A stretch of DNA of 63,518 nt, the filler included, from Octopus bimaculoides (taxonomy: Eukaryota), in NCBI RefSeq assembly GCF_001194135.2. It is 6 parts of 6 records of this genome, joined end to end, with 100 filler letters (N's around TTAATTAATTAA, not from the genome) between each part and the next. Parts side by side here need not be neighbours in the genome. Positions count along the whole stretch, not along the records: positions 1 to 31,864 come from NC_068985.1; positions 31,965 to 35,638 come from NC_068986.1; positions 35,739 to 38,540 come from NW_026395053.1; 3 more parts are not named here. One strand, written 5' to 3'. The notes below the pieces were generated by a model, which ran no database searches, had not been told where the DNA came from, and saw only the letters and a program-made list of their open reading frames with translations. Positions 25,211 through 37,044 of this stretch are shown here, one piece after another. The translations under genes were made by a program, and so were the position numbers. The first letter of the stretch is position 1. Every line of letters begins with the position of its first letter.

Positions 25211-25686
25211 ATATTNNNNNNNNNNNNNNNNNNNNNNNNNNNNNNNNNNNNNNNNNNNNNNNNNNNNNNNNNNNNNNNNNNNNNNNNNNNNNNNNNNNNN
25301 NNNNNNNNNNNNNNNNNNNNNNNNNNNNNNNNNNNNNNNNNNNNNNNNNNNNNNNNNNNNNNNNNNNNNNNNNNNNNNNNNNNNNNNNNNNNNNNNNNNN
25401 NNNNNNNNNNNNNNNNNNNNNNNNNNNNNNNNNNNNNNNNNNNNNNNNNNNNNNNNNNNNNNNNNNNNNNNNNNNNNNNNNNNNNNNNNNNNNNNNNNNN
25501 NNNNNNNNNNNNNNNNNNNNNNNNNNNNNNNNNNNNNNNNNNNNNNNNAGCCGAATGCCCTAGCCTCTAAGCCAAACGCCTTCATCCGGACGCCCATACA
25601 TACATACAGCTATTTTCTGCTTAACACGAATAATAAATCCCGTGGTGTTCTCTCGTATATCAAAACCTCGTTAATAAGTTTTTATG

Positions 25687-25694
25687 ATTTATGG

Positions 25695-25769
<75 letters not shown>
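25687..25769. repeat. (AAT)n microsatellite
   Basis: Directly visible. Confidence 0.95.
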
Positions 25770-25771
<2 letters not shown>

Positions 25772-26018
25772 CGAGGGAAATAAAATAATATACAATTTGA
25801 AATTACTTAAAAATCGCTGTCTTTTTTAATAGTTTTTAGAGAAAATCTTATGTAAACCCAAACGAACAGTGTTTACCTGTTTTTGTTCTCTGCAAACATT
25901 TTGCAATAACATGCAATTCCATTATCTAAACTTTGGTGAACAAATATATTTCTGTGGAACTTCGAATCCATTAATAGATTCCTTGTTGCCTATATTCTAA
26001 ATATATTCCATATTTATA

Positions 26019-26540
26019 GGCGCAGGCATGTCTGTGTGGTTAAGAAGGTCGCTTTGCAACCGCGTGGATTCGGAGTTCAATCCTACTACATGGCATTTTT
26101 GAGCAAATGTCTTCTATTATAGCACCGGGCTGACCAATCCTTGTGAGAGGATTTGGAGGAGGGAAACTGTGTAGAAGCCAGTCTTTTACACGCACACACA
26201 CACACACACACAGATATATATACATATATATGTTTGTGTGTGTGCGTGTGTGTGTGTGAGTGTGTTTGTGTTGAGTGTGTGCATGTGTGAGCATTTCTAC
26301 GTGCGTATGTGTGTGTGTGTGTGTGTGTTTTTCCGGCAAGCACACATCACTTGACAACCGGTGTTGGCTTACTTACGTTCCTGTAACATAGTAGTTCGAC
26401 TAAGGGGCCGATCGGATAAGTCCTAGGATCGATTTGTTCGACTAAAACCTTTAGTGTAGTGCTCCAGCGCGGCCCCAGCACGGCCCCAGCGCGGCCCCAG
26501 CGCGGCTCCAGTCCAACGACTGAAAGAAATCAAAGATAAA
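26019..26540 (+). mobile_element. SINE family B with an internal 11-bp tandem amplification
   Basis: B homology; about four copies of GC(G/A)CGGCCCCA at 26461-26511. Confidence 0.85.
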
Positions 26541-26569
26541 AAAAAAATCATAAAAATCCGTATCTATTC

Positions 26570-26790
26570 TTTCAACGATCTGTGGACTTCGATTCCTTGT
26601 AGAAAGCTTAATCAATGATGTCGATGCCATTCTCCTTTGATCTCGATGTTCAATCGTTTTCTCCCACATAAATTCTCTGGGTTCACTTTCTTAAGCTCAG
26701 CGCTCTTCTGAAATTCGTTCGCTTTTCTCATGATCACTTCATTTAACTATTTCATGTTTAACGTCTAAAGCAATGCCTCTCGACCATCTT
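26570..26790 (-). mobile_element. pogo/Tigger-like transposase N-terminal (HTH) remnant
   Basis: GIALDVKHEIVK*SDHEKSERISE...STRNRSPQIVE resembles Tigger KAITLEVKLDIIKRHEKGEK...RSPLIEEME; contains several stops. Confidence 0.45.
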
Positions 26791-26829
26791 TTAACCTAAT
26801 CGACCCCACTTCATTACTGTTTTATGCTG

Positions 26830-27007
26830 GTGGACACCCCCTCCCCCACAGCCATTTGATGTTCAAAAACTAGCTTTATTGATATTTTTTTCACAATTGC
26901 TATTTTGCTTTTCATCCATTCATTTGTGTAGGTTTGCAATGACGCTCTCTCTCTCTCTCTATTTCTCTCTTTCTCTTTCTCTGTCTGTCTCTCTCTCTCT
27001 GTCTCTC

Positions 27008-27064
<57 letters not shown>

Positions 27065-27179
27065 NNNNNNNNNNAACATTTTTCATGGACCCTTAAAACG
27101 CTACAGCGCGTCCCCAATTTACTATTTTGCTTACGTGAAACCCCAAAAGTTTTATATGGACCCGGATTGAGAACCACTG
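26830..27179. mobile_element. hAT-like MITE, copy 1 (internal (CT)n expansion)
   Basis: Ends in TTGAGAACCACTG (27167-27179, reverse complement of CAGTGGTTCTCAA); body homologous to 29285-29605. Confidence 0.6.
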
Positions 27180-27245
27180 ACCGAAAGTAATAACTTCTCT
27201 TTCTGCAGTGGAATTTATTTTCTTGTAGACATTTTTACACAGCGT

Positions 27246-27873
27246 GAAGGTGCGTGGCTTAGTGGGTAGGGCATTCAGCTCACGACTGTAAGGTCATGAG
27301 TTCAATTCCCGGCGACGCGTTATGTCCTTGAGCAAGACATTTTATTTCACGCTGCTCCAGTCCATTCATGTGGCAAAAATTGAGAAATACCTATAGAAGG
27401 CAGCGAGCTGGCAGACACGTTAGCACGCCGGGCGAAATGCTCAGCGGTATTTCGTCTGTCTTTACGTTCTGAGTTCAAATTCCGTCGAGGTCAACTTTGC
27501 CTTTCATCTGTTCGGGATCGATAAATTAAGTACCAGTTATGCACTGGGACCGATGTAATCGACTTAATCCCTTTGTCTGTCCTTGTTTGTCCCCCTCTAT
27601 GTTTAGCTCCTTGTGGGCAATAAAGAAATAAGAAGATTGGAGCATTCGACGTAGAAAGTTCATCCATGAAGGAAGGAGTTGTGAAGAAAATATAACAGCC
27701 TTGAGAATAAACTTTACAGAAGTAAACGTGGTAAGAAGTTTGCTTCTCAATCTAATAGTTCCTGGTTCAGTCCCGCTGCGTGGCACTTTGAGCAAATGTT
27801 TTCTATCATAGTCTCTGGCCGACTAAAACCTTGTGGGTGGATTTGGTGGACGGAAACGGAAAGGAACCTGTCG

Positions 27874-27933
<60 letters not shown>

Positions 27934-28000
27934 TTTGTTTGTTCCCCACCACTGCTTAACAACCGGTGTTGGTGCATTTTCGTTCCTGTAACGTAGCGGT
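27246..28000 (+). mobile_element. Three abutting SINEs: C head (27246-27385), A variant (27397-27633), B (27727-28000)
   Basis: Homology to the other copies of each family. Confidence 0.85.
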
Positions 28001-28075
28001 TGAACAATGTTTTGTGTTTGATTTTTGACTAGAACTTAACCTGTAATCATATTGTTCTTGTCGTTCGTGAATGAC

Positions 28076-28371
28076 AGCCTGTGACTTCTTTCGCTGGGGT
28101 TGTTTAAAGGAACAAGCTTACTGCACCAAACTAAAGACTATGGAAAAACTCGTAGGGTGAATTCGAGAAGTTGTCTTCCATCCCACAGACGTTCCTGACA
28201 CAATTCTTGGGAGACTCAAGAAGCTGGTGGCGACATCTGGAGCCTATATCGATTTTCAAATAAACTCTCATGCTAAAAGCTTTCATCTGGTATCGATTTT
28301 TTGGTAAAAAATACAATTTATAGATAATTTATGAGTATTTTAAAACAGGGATTTCCTTTCCATTCACCTTG
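28076..28371 (+). mobile_element. mariner-type transposase C-terminus plus 3' TIR
   Basis: ACDFFRWGCLKEQAYCTKLKTMEKLVG*IREV...LGRLKKLVATSGAYIDF resembles PCDFFLWGYLKEQVY...GAYIEF; ends CACCTTG|TA. Confidence 0.8.
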
Positions 28372-29284
28372 TATATAGATATATCATGCATATAAAAGGA
28401 AAACATATTCCTCTACATATAAGTTATAAAATATAATTCTATTTGTGATCCTGGTGCAATAATTCTCTAATGCCTACTACAAAAATTCAAATATATCCAG
28501 GGTAGCACTCACAATCTATAAAGTAACAGACATTTAAAATATCAACCCTGACACACTTAAAAATACATGAAATGGAGAGAGAAAGCAAGCGTTGAAAGGA
28601 ACATTGTAAACAAATTAGGCACAGTTCATGCTTTATGATACGAACAAGGAATTAATGAATGTGTCTATTGTGTAAGTTATAAAGCGGTTATACAAGAGAC
28701 AGGGCATCAATATAGCTTTTTATGCATATATCAATAATTCATATAAATATCTGATTCTCAACAGCTACCTCGATGTCAACCAAAATAGACCTACATTAAC
28801 ACGTGTTCTCTATGACACAGATATATAGTATTTTATACAGTTATAAAGCAAAAACTGCATGCTAGACACAGTCATATATAAATTGTAAATGTAAGCATAT
28901 TTGCCGAAGGACGGTCTAAAAAATACTCAAAACTAAAAAAAGAACGACATATTACACAAAATCACTAGTCTACATCTATTGAGCAGTTATATAAACATTT
29001 AGACAGATATACAAGAGATAGTCAACAGTAAAGAAATTATATTGAAACGTTGATAAATACAGAAGGAAGGACAGAGTTGACAAAGTAAATAGCGATAAAA
29101 TACAAATATTGTTATACGTTGGCAAATGTATAGACGTATGTTAAACACAAAAACATGGTGGCATGTCATTTTTTTTTTTTCTGCAGATAATAAAGAAATC
29201 ATATTGGATAATGTTATGGTAATGGGCGTAGCGTTATTTTTTTTTTTTTTTTTTCTCTATTTTGGGAAATATAATTGGTTTAAG

Positions 29285-29605
29285 CAGTGATTCTCAACTA
29301 TCTTTTAAGCTATGGGCCCCTCTGATTATTATTTTATTCTGACAGTCCCCCATAGGTATTCGATGTTTAAAAACTAGTTTTAAAGATACTTCTTTCAAAT
29401 TTCCTTTTCTGTCTTTCACACTTTCACTTGTATAGGTTTGCAATGGCACTCTCTGAAAGAACATGTTTCTATGGCTGGGAACATGTTAAACTATGTAGAG
29501 CATTGGAAAAAGAAACCTAGCTGTTTCTTGCCACGAATACATCTACAGCAAAACCCTTTCCTGGACCCTTAAAATGCTACTGTAAATCCCAAATTTACTA
29601 TTAAA
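29285..29605. mobile_element. hAT-like MITE, copy 2 (truncated)
   Basis: Starts CAGTGATTCTCAAC; shares GTAGGTTTGCAATG and GGACCCTTAAAA.GCTAC with copy 1. Confidence 0.6.
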
Positions 29606-29744
29606 CGTTAGCAGTTCGGCAAAAGGTTTTACATCAAAGTACCCTTAACCGAAACAGATATTAAAACAAAAACTAGTTCCGGGTGGTCTTATGGCGCACC
29701 TGTCTACCTCCACGAGTATTTCGAAGTCCCTACACTCCATATTA

Positions 29745-30060
29745 CTGATATTCCGTCGGTTACGACGATGAGGGTTTCAGCTGATCTGATCAACAGAATA
29801 GCCTGCTTGTGAAATTAACGTGCAAGTGGTTGAGCACTCTACAGATATGTGCGCCTTTATCATGGTACCCAGGGAGATTCGGTGCGACACAGGATGTGAT
29901 AGGCTGGCCCTTTGAATTACAGGTACAAATCATTTTTGCTAGCTGAGTGAACTGAAGCAATGTTAAACAAAATGTCTTGCTTAAGGACATAACGCTCCGT
30001 CGAGTATTGAACTCACCACCTTACTATTGTGAGCCGAATACCCTAACCACGAAGCCACCC
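29745..30060 (-). mobile_element. SINE family C
   Basis: Reverse-complement homolog of 59645-59965. Confidence 0.8.
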
Positions 30061-30657
30061 AGCATATTATTAGGTGACTATTGACTCGCCAGGGTTTATT
30101 TGTCATTCGTCAGGTCTTCATTTTCGTCCTGCGGAGTATCCAAAGTCGTCCGCTTCACCAAATAATCTGGGTGACGTTTTCAGTTTAGTCACCGTCACTC
30201 CTGACTATGCAACACGCTGTAATGAGTAACAGATTGACTAATAGCGCTCTCGAACCAGCTGACATTTAATGAATGTATGAATGGATTATATAGCTTTGAT
30301 ATATGTTCGGTGAGCACGTGCTGGCGCCCGCGTTCATTATTGTATCTGTGAATGTGTGTGAGTGTGTATACGTCAGATGACTTGGTTTACGTTATTATTA
30401 TGGTAATTAAGGTTCACGTAGTTGTGTTTGCGTGCATATATAAGACGCGCGCGCGCGTGTGTGTGTAAGCAATGAATTTGTGTGTTTTATACATGCGATA
30501 ATAAATATTTCATCAAAACATCACCATCATCATCATCATTATCATCACTGTAGTTTTCAGCAACAAAGCTCATTTCATTTCAGTTCAGTTCAGTTATTGG
30601 TTTATATCTACTTTTTTTACCATCGATATATCTCTACTCTGACAATACAAACGCTAT

Positions 30658-30842
<185 letters not shown>

Positions 30843-31179
30843 TATCACTGCTGTCCCTGTCCATCTCTCTGTATTTGTCTTTCCTTAACCTCACCAACCC
30901 TCTGCTAAATATTGTATCCTAAACATATCTCTTTTTCTTTACCTTTCGCTCACCATCTTACAGCACGTCAATAACACTTCTGTTTCCCTCTTCTCTCACA
31001 CGGTTTTTTTCTCGCTCTTCGCCTCCTCTCCCTTCAACTAACCACGTGATGCATTTGGCCTTAGTATACTATAATACTCCTCTTTTCTTTCTTCTCTACT
31101 CACTTACTTCTCCCCACCCTCTCTCTCACTTTTACTCCACCTCTCACTCTCTCCACCTCCACCTCTCTAACTAACTAAG

Positions 31180-31460
31180 GTGTAACGGGCAAACGAACAA
31201 TCAGAATATTATACAGATTATTAGTTCATCCGTCGTTGTCGACGATGACGAAGGACATCACATGGAAGAAAACGGAACATGGTGAATCCGGCCGTGGCCA
31301 ATCAGTCGGACACATGCTCGGAAGGATTTGCTGGGGGTTGGACACTAAAGGTCTGCTGGTACAGAAGGTACTGGATTTGTTGCAGTTCGTGCTTTCTTTC
31401 TGCCCCTTCTCTCCTGTTCTGTATCCTCATCTACAGACATCATATGTATAATATATTCTA
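31180..31460. other. GC-richer unique segment, candidate exon (strand and frame unresolved)
   Basis: One minus-strand option: acceptor ttctag or tctgtag, then EYIIHMMSVDEDTEQERRGRKKARTATNPVPSVPADL*; plus-strand frames are also partly open; no homology recognised. Confidence 0.25.
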
Positions 31461-31808
31461 GAACCACATGTTAGCATCAGATGAGCGAAAGGCATAAACT
31501 CTCCACTTATATACACTTGTGCACACGCGCACGCGCTCCCAGTCATGTGCGCCTTTGTTATGATAATAACCGTATAAAAATAAACATCCCATCTGACGCA
31601 CAGAACAGGAAAAATACACACACATACACACATGCGCATACGTACACACAGTCAGACACACGCTCGCTCGCACGTGCACATCGAAAATATATTACAGATG
31701 GATTCAATATGTTATATAATCGATAGTGTTTATAATGAAGCGAAAACATTCACACAAGAAAAGTCACTTCTGCACTCCCACAAAGACATGCTCACTCACA
31801 CAGACACA

Positions 31809-31864
<56 letters not shown>

Positions 31865-31908
31865 NNNNNNNNNNNNNNNNNNNNNNNNNNNNNNNNNNNN
31901 NNNNNNNN

Positions 31909-31920
31909 TTAATTAATTAA
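31909..31920. other. Assembly gap spacer TTAATTAATTAA (also at 35683, 38585, 54752, 59094)
   Basis: Sits in the middle of N runs (44 N + 12 + 44 N = 100 where counted); palindromic, with TAA in all six frames. Confidence 0.9.
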
Positions 31921-32969
31921 NNNNNNNNNNNNNNNNNNNNNNNNNNNNNNNNNNNNNNNNNNNNTATATATATATGTATTTATATATATATATATATATG
32001 CACATACTGACACACACTCATAGTCACACATATAATACAGAGTTAAGTTAGACACAGCTACAATGATACGGATTAATAAATTTTGTTGAAGTAAGAGTGA
32101 GAAAGAGAGAGAGAGAGAGAGAGGGAGTAAGAGAGTGAGAGAGAGAAAGAAGGTGAGATAAACAGAGAGAAGGAAAGGGAGCGAAATAAATGTGAAAATT
32201 ACTAGAATCACCGCCAGCAAATTATCCCGCAGAACTGTTGATAAAACATCATAAATTTGGAAGATCAAAGTGTCCGTCTCGATGGAACTTTCGAATATAT
32301 CCAATCACGTTTCTTTTCGTTAGAAATTTATATTATTCAAGTTTCCGTGAATGCGTAATCTTTCCATAAAACAGGCGTTACATCTCTGCTACTTGAGAAC
32401 TTCTTTTCATTTGTATACAGAAGAAAAGGGCGCACTAATAATACCCAAATCTCATCATCCCCACCGTTTCCTTCAGTCGTCATCATCATCATCATCATTA
32501 TCATCATCAACGTCGTCGTTGTTGTTATTATTATTATTATTGTTAGTATGACATAAAGGCGGCGAGCTGGCAGACTCGTTAGCAACGCCGGGCGAAATGC
32601 TTAGCAGCATTTCGTCTGTCTTTATGTTCTGAGTTCAAATTCCGCCTATGTCCATTTTGCATTTCATCCTTTCGTGGTCAATAAATTAAGTACCAGTTGC
32701 GTACTGGAGTTAATCTAATTCACTAGCCACCTCCCACCAAATTTCAGGTCTTGTGCCTAGAGTAGAAAAGATTATTATTATCATTTAGCGTTCTGAGTTC
32801 GAATTCCGTTGAGGTCGACTTGGCCATTGATCCTTTCGAGGTCGATGAATGAAGTACCAGTTGAACACTGGGATCGATTTTATCGGCTTTATCCCCTCCA
32901 CCAAAATCGCTGCCCTTCTGACAAAATTTGAAACCATTATTATTATTATCATTATTAATTAGGTCACTG

Positions 32970-33248
32970 CATATGGCGTAGTGGTTAAGAGAGCGGGCTA
33001 CTAAACCCAAGATTCCGAGTTCGATTCCAAGCAGTTATCTGAATGATAATAATAATAATAATAATAACGTCGAATAATACTTTAGAAATGAAAAACACAG
33101 GTTCGAAATTGTCTCAAGACACCTGATGAAGGCTGGAAGGTATATCAGCCGAAACGTTGTGTGAACAACAAACAAGATAAGGACAAATATCCGTCAAATG
33201 TAAATAATGTAAATAATGTACATAATTCCTCTCCTCTTAAATATAAAA
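32970..33248 (+). mobile_element. Composite element: tRNA-like head + (AAT)n + Penelope-type tail with hammerhead
   Basis: A box TGGCGTAGTGG (32974-32984), B box GAGTTCGATTCC (33017-33028), (AAT)n about 33046-33067, hammerhead 33119-33162. Confidence 0.65.
33119..33162 (+). ncRNA. Minimal type I hammerhead ribozyme (Penelope-like-element type)
   Basis: Stem I ACAC/GUGU; core CUGAUGA (33123-33129) plus an extra A; stem II GGCUG/CAGCC with 10-nt loop; GAAA (33151-33154); palindromic AACGUU in place of stem III; predicted cleavage after GUU at 33158. Confidence 0.65.
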
Positions 33249-35056
33249 CAGGATTATTATTATATTGATTCCGTCATCACATTTTGAGTTCAAATTCCGC
33301 GAAGGTCGACATTGTATTTCCTCCATTCGGGGTCGATAAAAGAATTACCCATTGAGCACTAGGGCCGATGTAATCAACCTGTCTCTTCCGCCCTAAATTG
33401 CTGGGCTTGTGCCAAATTTTGAAGCCATTATAGTTATTTTTATTATCATTAAGGTGGCGAACTGTCAGAATCATTAGCGCATCGGACCCAGTTTCTTCTG
33501 TGTCAAACGTTCGATGTGAAATTCCCCTGAGGTCGTTTTTGCCTTTCATCTTTTCGGAGTTGATAAATTAAGCACCAGTGAGACACTGGAGATCGATGTA
33601 ATCGACTACTCCCCTCCACCAAATTTCAGGCCTTGTATCTATAGTAGAAAGGATTGTTGATGTTGTTGCTGCTGCTAGACGGCTTGCTGGCAAAATCGTT
33701 AGCATGCTGGACAGACTGCGTTGTAGCATTCAGTCCATTTTTATGCTTTGAGTTCAAAATTTCGGCGAGGTCGACTTTGCTTTTTATCCTTTCGGGTTCG
33801 ATAAAATAAGTACCAGTCGATGTAATCCACTTACCCGTCCCCTAAAGTTTCAGGCCTGGTGCCTATTGTAGAAAGTATTATTATTGTTATTGGATAACTA
33901 AATGGCGGAATCGTTAGCATTCTGGACAGAATGTTTTGTGGCATTTAGTACTTCTTTCCGTTGTGAGTTCAAATTCCGCTAACATCAGCGTTGCCTTTCA
34001 TCGTTTCGGGGTTGATGAAATAAGTACCATTTGAGCAGTGTGCTTGGTGCAATCGACGAGCCGCTAAAATCTCAACCTTTCTGCCTATATTATAAATTTA
34101 TTTTCATTGAGCTGGTAAAACTAGCAGAATCGTTAGAATACCGGGAAAATTGCTTTCCAGTATTTGTTCCGATTCACTTACATTTTGAGTTCATATCTCA
34201 GTGATGTCACCTTTGCATCTCGTTGCTTCGGGGTCAATAAAATATGTCCCATTTGAGCATTTCCTTCGATGTGAACGACATATCCTCCCGCCCCCAATGA
34301 CACTGGTGGCCTTGTATCAACATTTGAAGCCATTATTGTATAGATTTGGTTTTGTTGTTTCTGTGGTTTTATTATTTATCCCCAAAAGAATACGATTTTG
34401 TATTAGCTTCTGCAACACTCACCGTAATATATTTCTAATTAATTAGTTGCAAGCGAAGTTGTCGCAATTATGGCGTCCGTTGATTTTGACTGATCTGCGA
34501 CACTGATATGGTAGATGTCCTGTTTGAGCTTTAATGTGGAATGTATTAATCTTCGCATTTAGAAATAGAGTATAGGAATATGAGAATATGAGAATATGAG
34601 AAACCTTTAATCTTCTAACAAAGGATTTTCGTCTCAATTACGTAACTCGTATTTTAGATGCGAGGAAAAGAAGGATATAGAGAAAGTGAGAGATGTGTAC
34701 AGTGATGTGGAAAATTTGGAAAAGATAAGAGAGAGAGAGAAAGAATGAGAATGATAGAGAGGAAGGAAGTTAGTGAAGAAGAGAGTTTGGGAGAGAGGTG
34801 GGGAGAATGAATATTATTGAGTTTGGGGGATTAGAAAAAGAAAGAAACAGAGAGAGAGAGAGAAGGGGGTAAAGTGGGAAAGAGAAGTTGAAAGGGAAAG
34901 AGAAAGTACGATTGTGAAAATGAGAAGTTAACAGAGAACGAATGAAGATGACACTGCATGAGAGAACAATGATGGAAAACGACATGAAAAGAGAAGGGGA
35001 GGAAGAGAGGGAGAGATGGAGAGTGAAGGGGGAGAGAGAGGATATTTCAGAGTGAG

Positions 35057-35111
<55 letters not shown>

Positions 35112-37044
35112 GAGAGTGATAAGAAACAGAGGATTAGAGTTATCAGGAAGTCAGGAAGAGTGACAAAAAAAATGAAAGGCAGAATGTAGATACGATTGAT
35201 TGATGAATGAACAAAGGACAACAACAGAAAGTGGTGAATTATGCAACAAACGAATGACAGTTGAGATGGTGGCGGGGTCTTTACAGTGGTCGGTGGAAAT
35301 AGCAACCAAATCGCGTTCAGCTTCAATCGTAATAATTAAAAAGGAAGATTGAGTAATAAAATGATACAAAACGATGTTAATCGCTGGAATCCATTCGATG
35401 ACGCCTTGGGCTAAACGACAATGCATGCATAGATATAAATACTGAATGACTAACAAAAACAACACACACACAAAGAACACACACAGATACACAACACAGG
35501 CACACGCAGATATACATGCTCACCACACACACACACACACCCACACACGCACATGTATATATAGCCGATAAGCGGAGAGGAGTTTTGGAAGCACCCTCGT
35601 AAGGTTATTAATCAGATTATAATGTGTATATATATATANNNNNNNNNNNNNNNNNNNNNNNNNNNNNNNNNNNNNNNNNNNNTTAATTAATTAANNNNNN
35701 NNNNNNNNNNNNNNNNNNNNNNNNNNNNNNNNNNNNNNAAAGGCAGACAAGAGAAACAACAATTAGAAGGACAGGCGAAAAAATACGGGTCATTCTTGGC
35801 TTTCTTTCATCAGTCAAATCCCAGAAATCACGACCATTTGGGGCAGTTACACTTGATCTGGTTTGATCTGGTTACACCCCAAAAGTCTAAACTAAGACCA
35901 TTAGACCACTTTGTAAGAAAGCTAGTGAACGTGTACGGTTACAAAGACGAAAAAAAAATAAACAAAAAGCGGAGAACATGGTACACAATTACGAATACAA
36001 ACAACAAAAAATAACAACACGCGTCCTTCGACTGAGAACAAATCAAATTGAGCTGGCGTATATGAAGTGAAAGCCTAATGGCAGGAACATAGGAGATGGA
36101 CATGTATGTATTTATATGTGTGTATATACATACATACATACATACATACATACATACATACATACATACATACATACATACATAATATTTATATGCTGAG
36201 GGTGATAAATTGAATATTAATTTAATTAACATCAATTTAAAACCAGTGGCCTAGCATATAAAAAAATCTGAAAATTCAGAAAATTTCTATTACATGCGTA
36301 TAAGAAGGGAATACCACTAAGTGGACATTCGATATGCTAGAAAGAGGTCATCAATGACCCATATATAAGGCTTGTTTTGTTTGTGCTTTTCCCTCCGGTT
36401 TTTTGTTCTATGTGTGCCATAAATATCGCCATCCGTTTTAGAGAAAAATTTGTAGTTTGGAATCAGTNNNNNNNNNNNNNNNNNNNNNNNNNNNNNNNNN
36501 NNNNNNNNNNNNNNNNNNNNNNNNNNNNNNNNNNNNNNNNNNNNNNNNNNNNNNNNNNNNNNNNNNNNNNNNNNNNNNNNNNNNNNNNNNNNNNNNNNNN
36601 NNNNNNNNNNNNNNNNNNNNNNNNNNNNNNNNNNNNNNNNNNNNNNNNNNNNNNNNNATATATATATATATATATACAAGTGACAACAGTTAAGTTGACA
36701 ATGATGATAGATGACAACGTAATTGAAACTGAAGATAACGCAATTGCGATTGACGATGACGAATTTGAAGTTGACGTTACCGAGATTGAGATTGATAATG
36801 GCTAGTTTGAAGGGAAAATCCTGCACAAACGCCCGCGCGCATATGTACATACATACAAGCATTCCTCACTTAACGTCGTCTCGTTATAATATTGATATGA
36901 ATTACTATAAAAACTGAAATTTGGTTTTTAGTTTTTTCCTTTCTTTCATTTGTAATTTTTATATATTCAGTTTCCCGCTGACGCTTTGCTTTTCTGCTGG
37001 GCATCAAGGCACTATATCTAATGAAACTTATACTAGACTGAGAC

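Larger units (their letters stand above)
32555..34340 (+). mobile_element. Head-to-tail array of about 7-8 SINE A copies and fragments joined by (ATT)n/(GTT)n linkers
   Basis: Repeated GAGTTC(A/G)AAT..., GTCGACTTTGCC and TAAGTACCAG motifs near 32560, 32790, 33280, 33450, 33680, 33900 and 34110. Confidence 0.85.

Noticed and set aside
31240-31300. Minus-strand CPTDWPRPDSPCSVFF resembling a C-type lectin start, and IQNRR/RKKART resembling homeodomain pieces
   Set aside because: The motifs fall in different frames and are not followed by the rest of either domain.
32555-34340. CRISPR-like repeat-spacer array
   Set aside because: The units are ~200 bp degenerate SINEs with microsatellite linkers in a eukaryotic context, not short identical repeats with unique spacers.
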